Positions 48,130-60,140 of a stretch of 64,000 nucleotides of DNA are shown piece after piece. The position numbers and the translations under genes are program-made. Source of the DNA: Strigamia acuminata (Eukaryota); contig OX442314.1 of NCBI GenBank assembly GCA_949358305.1, positions 31,124,001 through 31,188,000 of the forward strand, in the 5' to 3' direction. Position 1 is the stretch's first letter. The number at the start of each line of letters is the position of its first letter. The notes under the pieces were generated by a model. That model worked only from the letters and a program-made list of their open reading frames with translations. It had not been told where the DNA came from and searched no databases.

Positions 48130-51100
48130 ATTGCAGCACGCGCAAATAACAATTCGAGTATAAAAATGGTAAAACTAATTTAATTGATTGCAGAAATTAT
48201 CATAGGAAAGAAACGCGTGCTATCACGAATCTTTGCATACAAAAAAGATGGCGGTGGACCCAAAAAACGGGTTCGACTTTCGGTCAGCAAGGACCGGTCA
48301 GTAAATTTACATACTAGAGGGCTCTCTTAACAACCCTCGATAATAACAACAAAATTCAATAAATCAAAAGCTTGTAATAAATTCAACACTCAATAAATTC
48401 AAAGAAAACAAACATTTGACTAATTTAAACTAACATGACAAATGAAATTCAACACTTAAAAATAATTAAATCAACAGATTTTACAATGATTGAATGATCG
48501 ATGTGTTTGCTTTTAATTTTAATTCTGATAAAAGCATTAATTTCAAATCAAGCAAATTATGCGACCTAGCTGGGATAGAAAAATTTTGTATTTTGGAATT
48601 CAAAGAAGCAGTTCCATGAAAAAAGGAAGACAGCTGGAATCCCTCCCCAATGAGTGTGCATGAAGGGGGCAAGTGCTTTCAAAGTTTTTATATTTCCATA
48701 TCCTTCTTCTTGAGGACAATTTATTATAACCTTTTGTTCATATGCAATACTATACTGTATATCCACAACCTTTCTGTATTTAACTTATAAAAAGTTGGCC
48801 AAAGAGTCTTTTAATAAAGGTCGATGCATGACAATATCACAAACAGATACATCAACAGGTTTGAGTTTCTTGATTATGTTGATGGTACTTGTAATTTTTT
48901 CTTGACTTGATAAAAATATGTTCCGTTCTAATGTGACTCCAAAATTTATCTCAGCTCATTGCATTGACGAGCTTGTGTGCGTACAACATGCATTCCATAC
49001 ATATTATGTATGAAATACGGATACGGGAATTTAGCAGGTTTATTAATATGTGACTCTTACTTTGATAACAAAGACAAGATGCTAATAAAACCTCATCTTC
49101 CTGTATCTTAATTTTCACATAGTCAGAAAGAATACAAATTTTTATTGCAATTAATGACACATTTTCGTTATTTTGAATTTTATAGGAAATTATATAAAAT
49201 TTTCTTTTCGAACTAATGTTGCGGCTGTGGCTGCTGCTGATGTTGCGGCGGAAACATCACTGATAGAGATGTTATGGTTGGTATTTGCGGCTGCTGGTTA
49301 TCGAAAGGTGACTGGGGTTGGTGGGCTAAAAAAAACAACAGAAAACACTCAAGTACCAAATAGAAATATACCGTAAATAAAACATAAGTAATAAAGCAGC
49401 GCTAATCTTAATATGCGAAAAGATAACTAATTAATTTTAAAGGTAAGGCAAACATACAAACAAAAAAAAATTCTTCTCAAACCCAATGTCTAAAAAGACA
49501 TTTAATAACCAGTAAGGGGAATATTCAAGGTAAACAGCGCCGGTCTCATGGTCAAATCCAGGTCGATCCTATTCCTGGGTCCTATTTTTGATTTCTCAAA
49601 GCAAAGATCCAGGACTAAAAGTCATGGGTAGTGAGTTGAGCCTCAAAAGTAAAGCTGGGGTTTAGATCTCCGCGCGTAAAGTTCTTAAAAGGGGCAACGC
49701 TCACCTGACAGGCGTGTGGATTTTCGTGGAGTGTGTGATATTTACAGTTTAAGTCGTTTATTTGAATTACAAAATCAAGTACTTCAATGACAACAAATAT
49801 TCCCCCAAAATTAAAATCACACAAAATTATAAAATGGATTTGTGTTCTTTAGATTTTCCTTTTAGCACAACAGCAATATGTAACAAGTTTTAAGCTCGAA
49901 AGAAATTTTTAAGATTATTGTAACGATAAAAAAAAGGTTATTTCTTAATGCAATTTTAATACAAATTAATTCAAGCAGGGTTACGATTTTTGAAATTAAA
50001 CTGGGAATAACATATTGTCGGGGTTCTTATTGGTCATGGTTAAGGAGAATTATTCGTCAAGTTTGGTGTCGAGAAAAAATACAAATAAAACGGTTACAGT
50101 AAGTAAGGCGTTTCAAAGAAAATTACACGGAAACAGAATTAATGTTATTTCGTAATAAGGGGGGAATTGTTCCATGGCGGAACGGATGGTGAGTTGAGTT
50201 GGTTTTAATTGAAAATTGTAGTATTCTGGCATTTACTACTCATCAGAAAGGCCATTGCTTGGTCTTCTTCATATTGCAGCAGAACTAGGGCTTGTTTAGG
50301 GCTGAACTGCCAGTAGAAATAAATGTCGTTGACACGCTCAGATTTGCATTACGAATTGTTTATTCATGTTTTGGGAAGTTGCTAGGCAGTAAAAACTCCT
50401 AGCAACTTCAGTGCAAGATTGTTGTTTGTTTTACAGCAAGGTATTGTTATCAATTACATATGGTGCACCCGCATACACAACAAAAATCATCAATGTCGGC
50501 GAATTCGTTATGATCTAAACCTAACATTCCACTAAGTTCTTTCAAACTTCTCTATTCACTTCAACCACTTTGGCCCTTTCTTCTCTCTCAACTGGAGATA
50601 AAGTTGGGTTTCTTTGTTGACTAGTCCCAGCAATTGTTTCTACAAGGACTTCATTTTCCTCAATTACTTCTCTTTCTGTTCCTCCCGGCGATACAATTAA
50701 TCTTGTAGTTCTCATCATGAAGCTGATCTCAACAAGGAATTAGATTAATTAGGCTTCAACAGATAAAGTAGATTTCCTAACTTTCTAAGTTATACCCTAA
50801 GAATATAAAATTCTCCCACTGTCGGCTTCGTGAAGTTCGACGAAAGGAATAAACGACAACTGCTTCAGTTCAAAGTATTGTGCAAACTGTTTAATCAAAC
50901 GAAAAGTACAGAAATGTAAACACGCCCTCTCGTCTGCCAGCGAGAATTTTCTTAGTTTAACCTTGATTGAATTGTCATGCTTCAGGCGAATTTTGCACTC
51001 CTCATCCACGCACACGCCCAGCTCGTCTTGCTTGCTGAACGCCTCCCTGTGTTTCCCCAGCACCCGCCTAAGTCGCTCTCTCTCCTCCGGCAAAACATCC

Positions 51101-51981
51101 TCGTCCGCCGCCTCCACGAGCGCCTCCATCTCCTCCACGAACAGCTGGTTCTCGGCGGGGGTCTGCTGCTTGGCTCGCAGAAGGCAGTTTAACATCGGCA
51201 CCGAATCCTTAATTTCCTGGTAAAAAGTCACGTCCCCATCGCCGGAGATCATCCACGCCAGGCCCGCCTGCTTACGCCAGTCCATCCTGATGATCAACGG
51301 AAAAGGCAGGTCTTTTATCACGGCTACATCGTTAATCCTAGTCCTCATTTTTCCAATTTGTACATTCAAGTCTACGTGACCCAACACCTGCTTGTCACCG
51401 TTTGCAGTCTTGAAATATTCCTTCTCCAAGTTTGGGCGAATCTCAACGGTATCGCTGACATAAACTTGGTCCACAGACGAGCAATTTGCACCTCAGTCAA
51501 TCGGAGCCTCCACCTGTCCCCCAAGCTCGGCCAACTGGCAATTAACAACCACAAGGTTTGACTCCAAGCACTTCGTCTTGACCATACAGATGTTAACTTT
51601 CCCGGTGGCGCCCTTTTGTTGCTTTTTGCTTCTTCGTCTTTCTGCTCTGGCTTCTTTGCTTTCGTGCAATCGAAGGAGCAGTGGCCAATCTCGTGTTAGA
51701 TTGAGAAATAAATGTCCACACATCACTTAGATAAACAAACAAACTGGTATATTGTCCAAAATGGTTTGAAATTACACACAAGCACTTCGCGCTGATTTTC
51801 AACGACAATCATCAAGTTCACACAATCCCATGATGCAATTCTACTCAACATTAATAATAACAAACTCGTTCCACAAATCAACTTAATCTCTAACACATTA
51901 ATTATTGTAACAAAACCCTCTAACAAATTCCCCCCTTGTTATTATAATTATGCAAACACTTAAAACAACATTTTCAATCAT

Positions 51982-52644
51982 TCAATCACTACTGTTCATT
52001 AAAATATCCATAACTTCTTTGATCTTCACTCCGGATAAATTCTTGGTTAAGAAATCCGCTAATTGCTTTTCTCCTGGAATATGTTTCACTTTCACTTCTT
52101 GGCTAGTTATCAGGTCTTTAGCCAAATTAACTCTTCTATTCAAAAATTTTGTTCGCATCTTGTGCGTCCCTTCAGTCATTAGTGTTATCACATTCAAACT
52201 ATCACAATAAATTTTTCCTTTTCCCTGCAAGTCTTCTTTATTCAAATCCTCAATTAAATCTCTGTGCCAGATCAGTTCTTTGATGCCTTCATGAAATGCT
52301 TCCAATTCACTTTCGGTGGTTGATTGTGCTACGAATTTCTGCTTTTTTGATTTCCAATGTATTAAATCTTTACCATACAAAACTAATAATCCTGAAAATG
52401 ATTTCCTGTCCAACGTTTTATCCCAGCTAGCATCAGTAAATACTTCTAACGTCTTTCCTTCACTTCCGTATGTGATGCCATAATTTTCAGTTCCTTTGAG
52501 ATAACGTAGAACTCTTTTTAATCCTTCCAGATGTATTTCTCTCAGTTCCTGGTTGTAACGCGATAAGTTTCCAAGCGTGAAACTTAGATCTGGTCTGGTG
52601 TGCGTTGCCAAGTATAGTAATCTTCCTAACAGTTCTTGGTACAT
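51982..52644 (-). CDS. copia RT C-terminus plus RNase H
   Basis: YQELLGRLLYLATHTRPDL..FTDASW..WKSKKQKFVAQSTTESE..QLADFLTK. Confidence 0.9.
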   Translation of the reverse strand: MYQELLGRLLYLATHTRPDLSFTLGNLSRYNQELREIHLEGLKRVLRYLKGTENYGITYGSEGKTLEVFTDASWDKTLDRKSFSGLLVLYGKDLIHWKSKKQKFVAQSTTESELEAFHEGIKELIWHRDLIEDLNKEDLQGKGKIYCDSLNVITLMTEGTHKMRTKFLNRRVNLAKDLITSQEVKVKHIPGEKQLADFLTKNLSGVKIKEVMDILMNSSD

Positions 52645-52668
52645 TTTCCTATCCGTTTTTTCGCTTCC

Positions 52669-53304
52669 TTATAGATAGCATTGTCGTAATCCTTGTGCTC
52701 GATTACAGTAGTCATCGACGGTTTCATGTTTCTCCATCGTTATGTGTGAAACCGCATAGTTCGCCTCTATTTTTGTTTTTTCTGCTGTACTCTGCATGTC
52801 ATCTTCTATTTGCTTCCATAATTTTTTAGCATTCTTTTCATGCATATATATCATCTGCTTACTTTCACTCATATTGTCTATTAACATCATTTTCGCCTTC
52901 GCATTCTTGTCGTCGTAATCATTCCAAGCCTGGTCTTCATCGTCTCCTTTCACTTTTCCTTGTGGCGGTTCATCATCTATGATTACTGGTTTCCATAATT
53001 TTTTCCCTCTTAAATGGTCTTCTAAACGACAGGCCCACAGTGCATAATTTTGATCAGTAAGTGCGGGAATTCCGTACGTGTTTTCTTTACGGTGCGCCAT
53101 CTTGTGATCCTCTTCACTACTACTGCTTGATGTGGTTTCCTCGTTGCTATCCGTGTTGCTTTTTCTATTATCACTGCTTGATGTGGTTTCTTCCTCACTG
53201 CTGCTTGATGCACTTTCCTCTTCTTCTATTATCTTTTGTAGCTCAGATATTAGTCTATTTTTGTTCCAAAAGCTCATCCGTGCCCGCTTTATGCACGCTT
53301 CCAC
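52669..53304 (-). CDS. gag: copia gag N-terminal half
   Basis: IPALTDQNYALWACRLEDHLRGKKLW..AKKLWKQI. Confidence 0.85.
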   Translation of the reverse strand: MEACIKRARMSFWNKNRLISELQKIIEEEESASSSSEEETTSSSDNRKSNTDSNEETTSSSSSEEDHKMAHRKENTYGIPALTDQNYALWACRLEDHLRGKKLWKPVIIDDEPPQGKVKGDDEDQAWNDYDDKNAKAKMMLIDNMSESKQMIYMHEKNAKKLWKQIEDDMQSTAEKTKIEANYAVSHITMEKHETVDDYCNRAQGLRQCYL

Positions 53305-54465
53305 TGTTTGGTTTCGGTTTTCGTTTTACTGCTTTTTCTGACCTTTTTCTCCACAGTGTTGAGTTTCAGCAAGTTCCTTCCTCTGCTACCATGTTAGATT
53401 GAGAAATAAATGTCCCCACATCACTTAGATAAACAAACAAACTGGTATAATGTCCAAAATAGTTTCAAAGTACACACAAGCGCTTCCCGCTGATTTTCAA
53501 CGACAATCATCAAGTTCACACAATCCCATGATGCAATTCTACTCAACATTAATAATAACAAACTCGTTCCACAAATCAACTTAATCTCTAACACATTAAT
53601 TATTGTAACAAAACCCTCTAACATCTCGTTGCACTGCCAGCACTGCATCTTCGACATGTCCATCCCCTTTTTGTATGATGTCTCATCACGCGGCCTCCTT
53701 CGGTGTTGTTTCCTAATTAATTCAATAAATGTATCGAACCTTGCCATACGAAACAAGTCGCGGGTGTGCGAGTCACGCACTCCCTCTATAGTAACGTTGA
53801 TTGTGTCCGCGGTTGAGAAATTATAAGTCTTCTTCAATGTCTCGATTAATGGAATCTTTGCTGCGAAATATGTGGCAGGAATCTCGTCCGTCGACTGCTT
53901 CCTTGCATCGATCCGTTGCCTCCAGCTGTCGTAGGTGTCGACGTCCAAAAAATCATCTCCACTCAGCTCAACCACGCTTCCTATTTTTTTCCGAAAATTT
54001 CATACCAATACACTACAGTGCTTCCTCCTTTAACTGGCCGTTGGCCACCGCAATTTTCGCATGCTCGGTCCACTTGCCTAGCATGCTCGACACATTCGAT
54101 GAAATTTTTGACGTTCTCGTCGCATTTTCCTTTAAACGCGGGTACCCTTTTTGTGGTGTGTGGTGTCCACCCCGTGTTACACTTTAATTTGTCCCGCGGG
54201 TATTCTTTTTGTGGTGTCCACCTCGTGTTACACTTTAATTTGTCCTGCGAGTACCGTTGCAGTCGCCACAATGGCTGACTTGACCTTGAGCGCCTTCTTT
54301 GTCACATTGTCCGCCAAAATGGTGGCCAGAAACTCAACCTTCTTTTTGCAATTACTAACGTCGATTCCCCGTAGCAGGCACTCGTCGCGAATATTTTCGC
54401 ACCTTAAAACCCATATGGTCGGAGAATACATTTTGAAATACATTTTCAAAATGTATTTCAAAATA

Positions 54466-55230
54466 CAGGGTGGTCAGAAAGTCTGGTTCTATGTAAATAA
54501 TTCCCAAACTGTTCTAGATGTTGATTCAGCAAAATTATTGTCAGGCTAGTATGAAGGGGGAAATCCAATTATGACATCCAACTTGACCTCAGAGGTCATC
54601 TTCAAGGTCATCCACATTGTAACTCGAGAACCGTGACAGATAGAGAGAAAAAGTGAATTAGAAAGTTCTAGAGGACCATCTAATTAGTCTAGAACTGTTC
54701 TTAAAAAAATTATCTCTTACCGAAAAGTTTTGAGAAAAAAAAGTTGGAAATGTTAGTCTACTCAGCTTTGTAACATAAAACAATCATGTTGGAATGTATT
54801 TCCAAAATAAATTATTTCTTTTCTTTTGTGTTTCCTCTTTTCCACTTAGAAGTATGACCAAATAAAGTTTCCTAATTGAGGATTAGCTTGGTTGCCTCAA
54901 TAGTTTTAGGTTACAAAGCTGAGTTGCAATGCTGAGTAGACTAATGTTTCAGACCTTTTTTCTCAAAATTTTTCAGTAAGAAATAATTTTTTTAAGAACG
55001 GTTCTAGACTAATTGGATGATACTCTACAACTTTCTAATTCACCTTTTTGCTCTATCTGTCAGGGTTCTCGAGTTACAATATGGATGACCTTGAAGATGA
55101 CCTCAGAGGTCAAATTGGATGTCATAATTGGATTTCCCCCACAATACTATTCTTACAATCATTTTGCTGAATCAACATCTAGAACAGTTTGGGAATTATT
55201 TACATAGAACCAGACTTTCTGACCACCCTG
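54466..55230. mobile_element. Tc1/mariner-type foldback MITE, 765 bp with long TIRs
   Basis: TA-CAGGGTGGTCAGAAAGTCTGG...CCAGACTTTCTGACCACCCTG-TA; inverted similarity extends ~300 bp. Confidence 0.93.
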
Positions 55231-55262
55231 TATATTCGAAATGTATTGTGTAAAGTTATCGC

Positions 55263-56217
55263 AGCTAATTTTATAGAGCTTCGTCTTGCTTAATTTGAAT
55301 TTGTGCCTTTTCCATCTGTCGGCGCTCTTGTTTCCTTCGTTCCTTCGCGATGGTTTCTCTTTGATTTATTGGAGCCACTTCCACAACAATTCTTGATGGT
55401 CTTGGTCCGAAAGACCAACCTCGTCCTTCTGGCACAGCTCGTACTCCTCGGGACACCATTTCTAGGCAAACTGGTCTTCTCTCCTCGTCTCCTTCTGGAA
55501 CTTCTTGTTGATCGGACGACCTTTCTCTCGGGTCTCTTCGGAGTGCTCTTTCTTCTCCTTCTTTCGATTGATAATACACTTGCAGTTTCAAAACAAACTG
55601 GGTGCATAAGCTTAAGAGTGATGCGATCCGGGAATTTGGTCGATAAATACTTACCTTTTACCAACCAAATCGCAATCGAGATGCCGTTTATAGGCTTTAA
55701 ACTCAGTTGCCTGTAAAAATGTCTAGGGAATGAAATAAAGATATTTTTTGAATAAGTAAAAATGACAATTGTTTTTATTCGATAATTTACAATATATTTT
55801 ACGAAATATAATATTAATTTAAGACTAGAAATTAATGAAGAAAGAATAGAAATGAAACGTGAGCGGCAAAGCTCACGCTAAACAAAGGAAGCTTTTGGCG
55901 CGCAACAAACGGTGTTTGTTGCACACACAAAAATGGCGAGACGGACCCGCCGATACAAATTTCACTGTACGTACGATGGCAAGCTCCGGAGCTGCGGTGG
56001 CTTACAATCATTTGCGATGGTTCACGGCAAGCGTGGTTGCTGTATCAGCGACGGTGAGTCCTAGATAGTTCAACGGGACTCACGATAACCTACAGTGAGC
56101 GGTTTATCGGGCGTTACCCGAGATTCGAATAAGGTGCATGTAACAGACGATGCCTGTTACACACGAGCGCAAATGGGGCTGGTTCCACCGAAATGTCAGT
56201 GGAAACAGCAGAATGAA
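55263..56217 (+). repeat. ~955-bp copy of 45762-46706 lying inside the gypsy 3' LTR
   Basis: Near-identical sequence, including the AGAG/TG junction of the 46122 solo LTR. Confidence 0.92.
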
Positions 56218-56465
56218 TCTCTCTCGAAACTTGATGAAAACTAATAAAATGACTTTTGCCAAAATGGCCACACGTCCAGTCAGTTTTATTTTCAAAGCAA
56301 GAATGTTTTATTTTACAGAAAATATACAAAGGTCTTTTTAATCTTAATCTTTTTAATCTCTGCTCACATTCCTCGCGTTGGCGCGCGTGTCTTCTTGGCG
56401 ATCCTGTCGCCCCCTCGTGTTGTTTTTCCACGTCGCGCTTTTACATTGCACACTCGACCATCCGA

Positions 56466-59400
56466 CTACACGAGTCGGTCCTCCGACTCGTCCTGATCTT
56501 CGTCCTCGCTCGCGTTGTCGGCATCGTCGGTGATCTCCCACCGCTTTATTTGGTCTGTTGGCGCCGTGACACGATATCGAGGTGGGTCCTCGAAACTCTG
56601 TACCTCGTACACCGTGTCGGAGATCTTGCGCCCGATTCGTAACGGCCCCCGATATAGTGCCGACAACTTTCCCGCCGTCCCTTGCGCTGCGAGTGCTTTT
56701 CGCCGCACAACAACCACGTCCCCCTCTTTAAACATTTTATTCGGCCCCCGATGCCGATCAAAAGCTTTCTTTTGACGCACCTGTGCTGCTGTGAGTGCGT
56801 CGTGCGCCTCGTCTCGCGTCCGCTCAAAGTCCGCTTCTTCCTCGTCGTTATCCTCAACCGCGACCGCTGCTAGTCTTGGTTCAATGATGGTGCGTGGCTG
56901 GAACCCGTAGAGAATCTCCATCGGTGTCTTTCCGGTGCTCCTACTCGTTCTCGAATTCAACGCGATCTCGATTCCGTTTAAATGTGCCGCCCAGTCACTC
57001 CCATCCGCTTTCACCACACAGCTCGCCATCATTGGCACCAGTGTTCTGTTTGTCCGCTCCACTTGCCCGTTGGCCCTCGGATTTTCGGTGGAGGTCAGCA
57101 CATGTCCCACCCCCAATTCGTTGCACAATTCAGTAAATTCGTTGTTCTTAAATGCGGTCCCCCTATCGGTGATAACTCGTGTGGGGACCCACATCCGCAT
57201 ACACAGTTCTCTCAGTTTTCGACACGTCTCTTTTGCGCTTGTTGATTTGGTCGCCCTCAAAAATGTCACCTTCGAGTAATTGCACACTGCCACCAGCACA
57301 TATTTGTAACCCCCGCTCTTTGGGAATGGCCCTACGTGGTCCAGGTGGACCGTGTGCCACGGCACTTTCTCCCGAATTATCACGTTCAGTGCCCCTGGTC
57401 GCCGTCCCCCTGGTTCTTTGTAAATCAAACACTTGACGCAGGATCCGATGATGGCTTTTACAAACTTCCGCATTCTCGGGAACCAAAACCTCTTGAGAAT
57501 CGCATCCATCGTCCCCTCTGTAGCCGGGTGCCCGTGTGACTCATGCACTTCCCTCGTTATTTGCCGCTGTATCCCTTTTGGCACGTAAATTCGTTTTCGT
57601 TTCTTCTCCCCTTTTCTTCTTAAAATATGGTACACGTGTCCGTTTTTGAGTGTGAACTGCCGTATTTTGTTCTGCATCCGCTCGGTCAACCCCTCATTAT
57701 TATTTTGCTGTAAAGCACTTTTAATTTCTCTGCACTCAATGTCGCTCATCTGAGCAGCCTCTAACCAGTCTCCCCCCATTAGTCTAATCTCGTTCACTCG
57801 AAACCGACTCATCACCTCGTTCTCCTTGGTTTTCAACTGTTGACACGATTCAGCATTTCTGCTGAGCGCGTCGACGTGACTCATTAGCAGTCCCGGCCGA
57901 TGTACGGTTCTAAAATCGTACTCGGATAACTGCAATACCCATCTGCCTATGCGAGGGGTCAGCTCTTTCTTTTTTAACCCATATCTAACCGCCTCGCAAT
58001 CGGTAACGATCACAAACTCCGCCCCGTACACATACATCCTAAATTGTCGTACCGCCCAAACCACTGCTAGTAATTCTAATTCTGTGGAGTGGTACCGTCG
58101 CTCACAGTCCGTCGTTGTTCGGCTCGCGTACAATACTGGGTGCAATATTCCCCTCTCGTCCCCCTGCATCAAAATTGCCCCTAACCCCTCCTGCGACGCG
58201 TCTGTGTGTATTTCGCATGGGCGTGTATTATCAAACACCTTCAATACTGGTGCAGACACCAACTCGCCAATCAAGTTTCTAAACGCCGCTTCACACTCTT
58301 TTTTCCACATAAACGGCTCGTTCTTGCGTGCTAGGTTTGTCAGTGGCTTGCACTTGGCTGCATAGCCCGCCACAAACCTTCTAAAATATCCACACAACCC
58401 CAAAAAGCTCCTAACTCCTTTTACATCTCTCGGCGTTGGAAAATTTCTAATGGCGCTTGTTTTCTCCAGCCCTGGTCGTAACCCCTCCGCCGCCAAACGT
58501 AACCCCAAACAATTCACTTCACTGCACAAAAAATGACATTTACTTAATTTTAATGTTAACTTCGCCTTTTTCATTTCAACCAATAAAGTTTTCATTTTCT
58601 GGAACAACTCATCAACGTTTTTAGCCCCCTGTAATAAATCATCCATATATCGTCTCATTATTTCTCTCGGAAGATGGCCAAACGCCATTTCCATCATGCG
58701 ATTAAAAACAAACGGCGCATTTACGAGCCCGAATGGCATTCGAGTAAACTGCCATTTGTTCGCCATTGTTGAAAATGCTGTTTTTCTCTGTGCGCCTTCT
58801 GTTAATTCTACCTGGTAATACCCCGCAGCCAAGTCGAACACAGAAAAAATTTCCCAATCATGTGTGCCGTCAAAAATCTCCTCAATTCTCGGGCAAGGGA
58901 AATGTTCCTTGACCGTCGCTTCATTTAGGCATCGAAAATCAATACAGATTTGCATCTCCCCGCTTTTTTTCCGCACCACAACTATCGGACTGTTAAAAGC
59001 GCTGTTCGATTTCTTTATAAATCCTGCCCCCTCTAACTCGCAAATCATTGCGTTGATCTCCCGTTGTTGCGCCGATGAGTATGGATACCGCCTCAAATTT
59101 ACCGCCCTATCCGTCGTCAATTCAATATCCATTTTCAAATTTTCGAATTTCCCTACTTCTAACAAATTTGTTGCAAAACAGTCCCTAAATTCGTTAACTA
59201 ACTCGACTATTCTCAATTTGTTTTCTTCCGACACCCCCTCGCCCACTTTAAGATCGTGTAATGTAATAATAGACTCACCCCTCGATTCCCTCGATTCCAC
59301 TCGCTTCACTTCGCTGCATTGCAACGACGGTGCGTCGTTAATTGTTTCAACGTGTCCCAATTTCTTTTCTTTGCGCACTCGAACCGCCGACACCCCCCTG

Positions 59401-60140
59401 TTCATTATTGGTATTCTCGTTCGTCCTTCCTCCACGTTCGTTACTCCTTCTAACACTTCAAGTCCATCAAAGTTCAAGAGTTCGCTGCACAAATAAACAG
59501 TTCCGTCGTCGCCTCGCACCTTCATCTCAATAAAATTTATCGAATGTGCGTCGATCACCGTCTCTTCACTCGTCACTAACGCCCTCGGTTTCGTTCGCAC
59601 CTTCGGTTCGATGCGTCGAAGTCCTCCGTCGATCGTCGTTGTGTTGCAAAACGAAATTTTCCCGCTCTCCACCGTCATCTTCACGCCCTGATGCTCCATA
59701 AATGGCTGCCCCACCCAAATATCCGTCGACATCACCTCGTCGTCAACAACGTAGAATGGCACCGCATCCACCGCCACTCCGCGATATTTCGTGCGACCCA
59801 AATAAACTTGTTCATCCTGGTTGACCCCGTAGTTGAATCCACGAATTTTATACGCAAATTTCGGCTCGTCGATTCCCGCCTGTCTCGCGAACGTCTTGCT
59901 GACTAAACACAACTCACTCTGCGTGTCGATGCCTGCCGTGCACGAGCGTCCCGCGACCGTCATTATTGTTGCGAATTTCGGGATCATAACTTCTCCTACT
60001 ATCTTCTTGCAGGCGTGCGTCTTCACCTCCTTTGGTCTCGTCGATTTCCGCTCGCGTTTCGGCTCTGGACACTTGTTGGCGTAATGCCCGCTCGCATCAC
60101 AGTTGAAGCACTTGACTTTTGGGCAATTTGCAGAAATGTG
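56466..60140 (-). CDS. pol: gypsy pol: protease, RT, RNase H, integrase
   Basis: IDTQS, RMPFGLVNAP, YMDD, HTDAS, HESHGH..CVKC, HLDHVGP, TDRGTAF, NGQVER; 1186+ open codons. Confidence 0.97.
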   Translation of the reverse strand, partial: HISANCPKVKCFNCDASGHYANKCPEPKRERKSTRPKEVKTHACKKIVGEVMIPKFATIMTVAGRSCTAGIDTQSELCLVSKTFARQAGIDEPKFAYKIRGFNYGVNQDEQVYLGRTKYRGVAVDAVPFYVVDDEVMSTDIWVGQPFMEHQGVKMTVESGKISFCNTTTIDGGLRRIEPKVRTKPRALVTSEETVIDAHSINFIEMKVRGDDGTVYLCSELLNFDGLEVLEGVTNVEEGRTRIPIMNRGVSAVRVRKEKKLGHVETINDAPSLQCSEVKRVESRESRGESIITLHDLKVGEGVSEENKLRIVELVNEFRDCFATNLLEVGKFENLKMDIELTTDRAVNLRRYPYSSAQQREINAMICELEGAGFIKKSNSAFNSPIVVVRKKSGEMQICIDFRCLNEATVKEHFPCPRIEEIFDGTHDWEIFSVFDLAAGYYQVELTEGAQRKTAFSTMANKWQFTRMPFGLVNAPFVFNRMMEMAFGHLPREIMRRYMDDLLQGAKNVDELFQKMKTLLVEMKKAKLTLKLSKCHFLCSEVNCLGLRLAAEGLRPGLEKTSAIRNFPTPRDVKGVRSFLGLCGYFRRFVAGYAAKCKPLTNLARKNEPFMWKKECEAAFRNLIGELVSAPVLKVFDNTRPCEIHTDASQEGLGAILMQGDERGILHPVLYASRTTTDCERRYHSTELELLAVVWAVRQFRMYVYGAEFVIVTDCEAVRYGLKKKELTPRIGRWVLQLSEYDFRTVHRPGLLMSHVDALSRNAESCQQLKTKENEVMSRFRVNEIRLMGGDWLEAAQMSDIECREIKSALQQNNNEGLTERMQNKIRQFTLKNGHVYHILRRKGEKKRKRIYVPKGIQRQITREVHESHGHPATEGTMDAILKRFWFPRMRKFVKAIIGSCVKCLIYKEPGGRRPGALNVIIREKVPWHTVHLDHVGPFPKSGGYKYVLVAVCNYSKVTFLRATKSTSAKETCRKLRELCMRMWVPTRVITDRGTAFKNNEFTELCNELGVGHVLTSTENPRANGQVERTNRTLVPMMASCVVKADGSDWAAHLNGIEIALNSRTSRSTGKTPMEILYGFQPRTIIEPRLAAVAVEDNDEEEADFERTRDEAHDALTAAQVRQKKAFDRHRGPNKMFKEGDVVVVRRKALAAQGTAGKLSALYRGPLRIGRKISDTVYEVQSFEDPPRYRVTAPTDQIKRWEITDDADNASEDEDQDESEDRLV

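Larger units (their letters stand above)
51694..53623 (-). mobile_element. non-autonomous internally deleted copia element (1930 bp)
   Basis: 232-bp LTRs at 51694-51925 and 53392-53623; TSD TCTCG; PBS TGGTAGCAGAGGA (tRNA-iMet 3' end); PPT AAGGGGGGAA. Confidence 0.95.
50935..54420 (-). pseudogene. Ty3/gypsy gag-protease remnant interrupted by a copia insertion
   Basis: PAFKGKCDENVKNFI gag; CWQCNE|IGHCSFDC knuckle split by the insertion; EAPID*GA protease; CKIRLKHDNSI pre-RT region. Confidence 0.82.
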
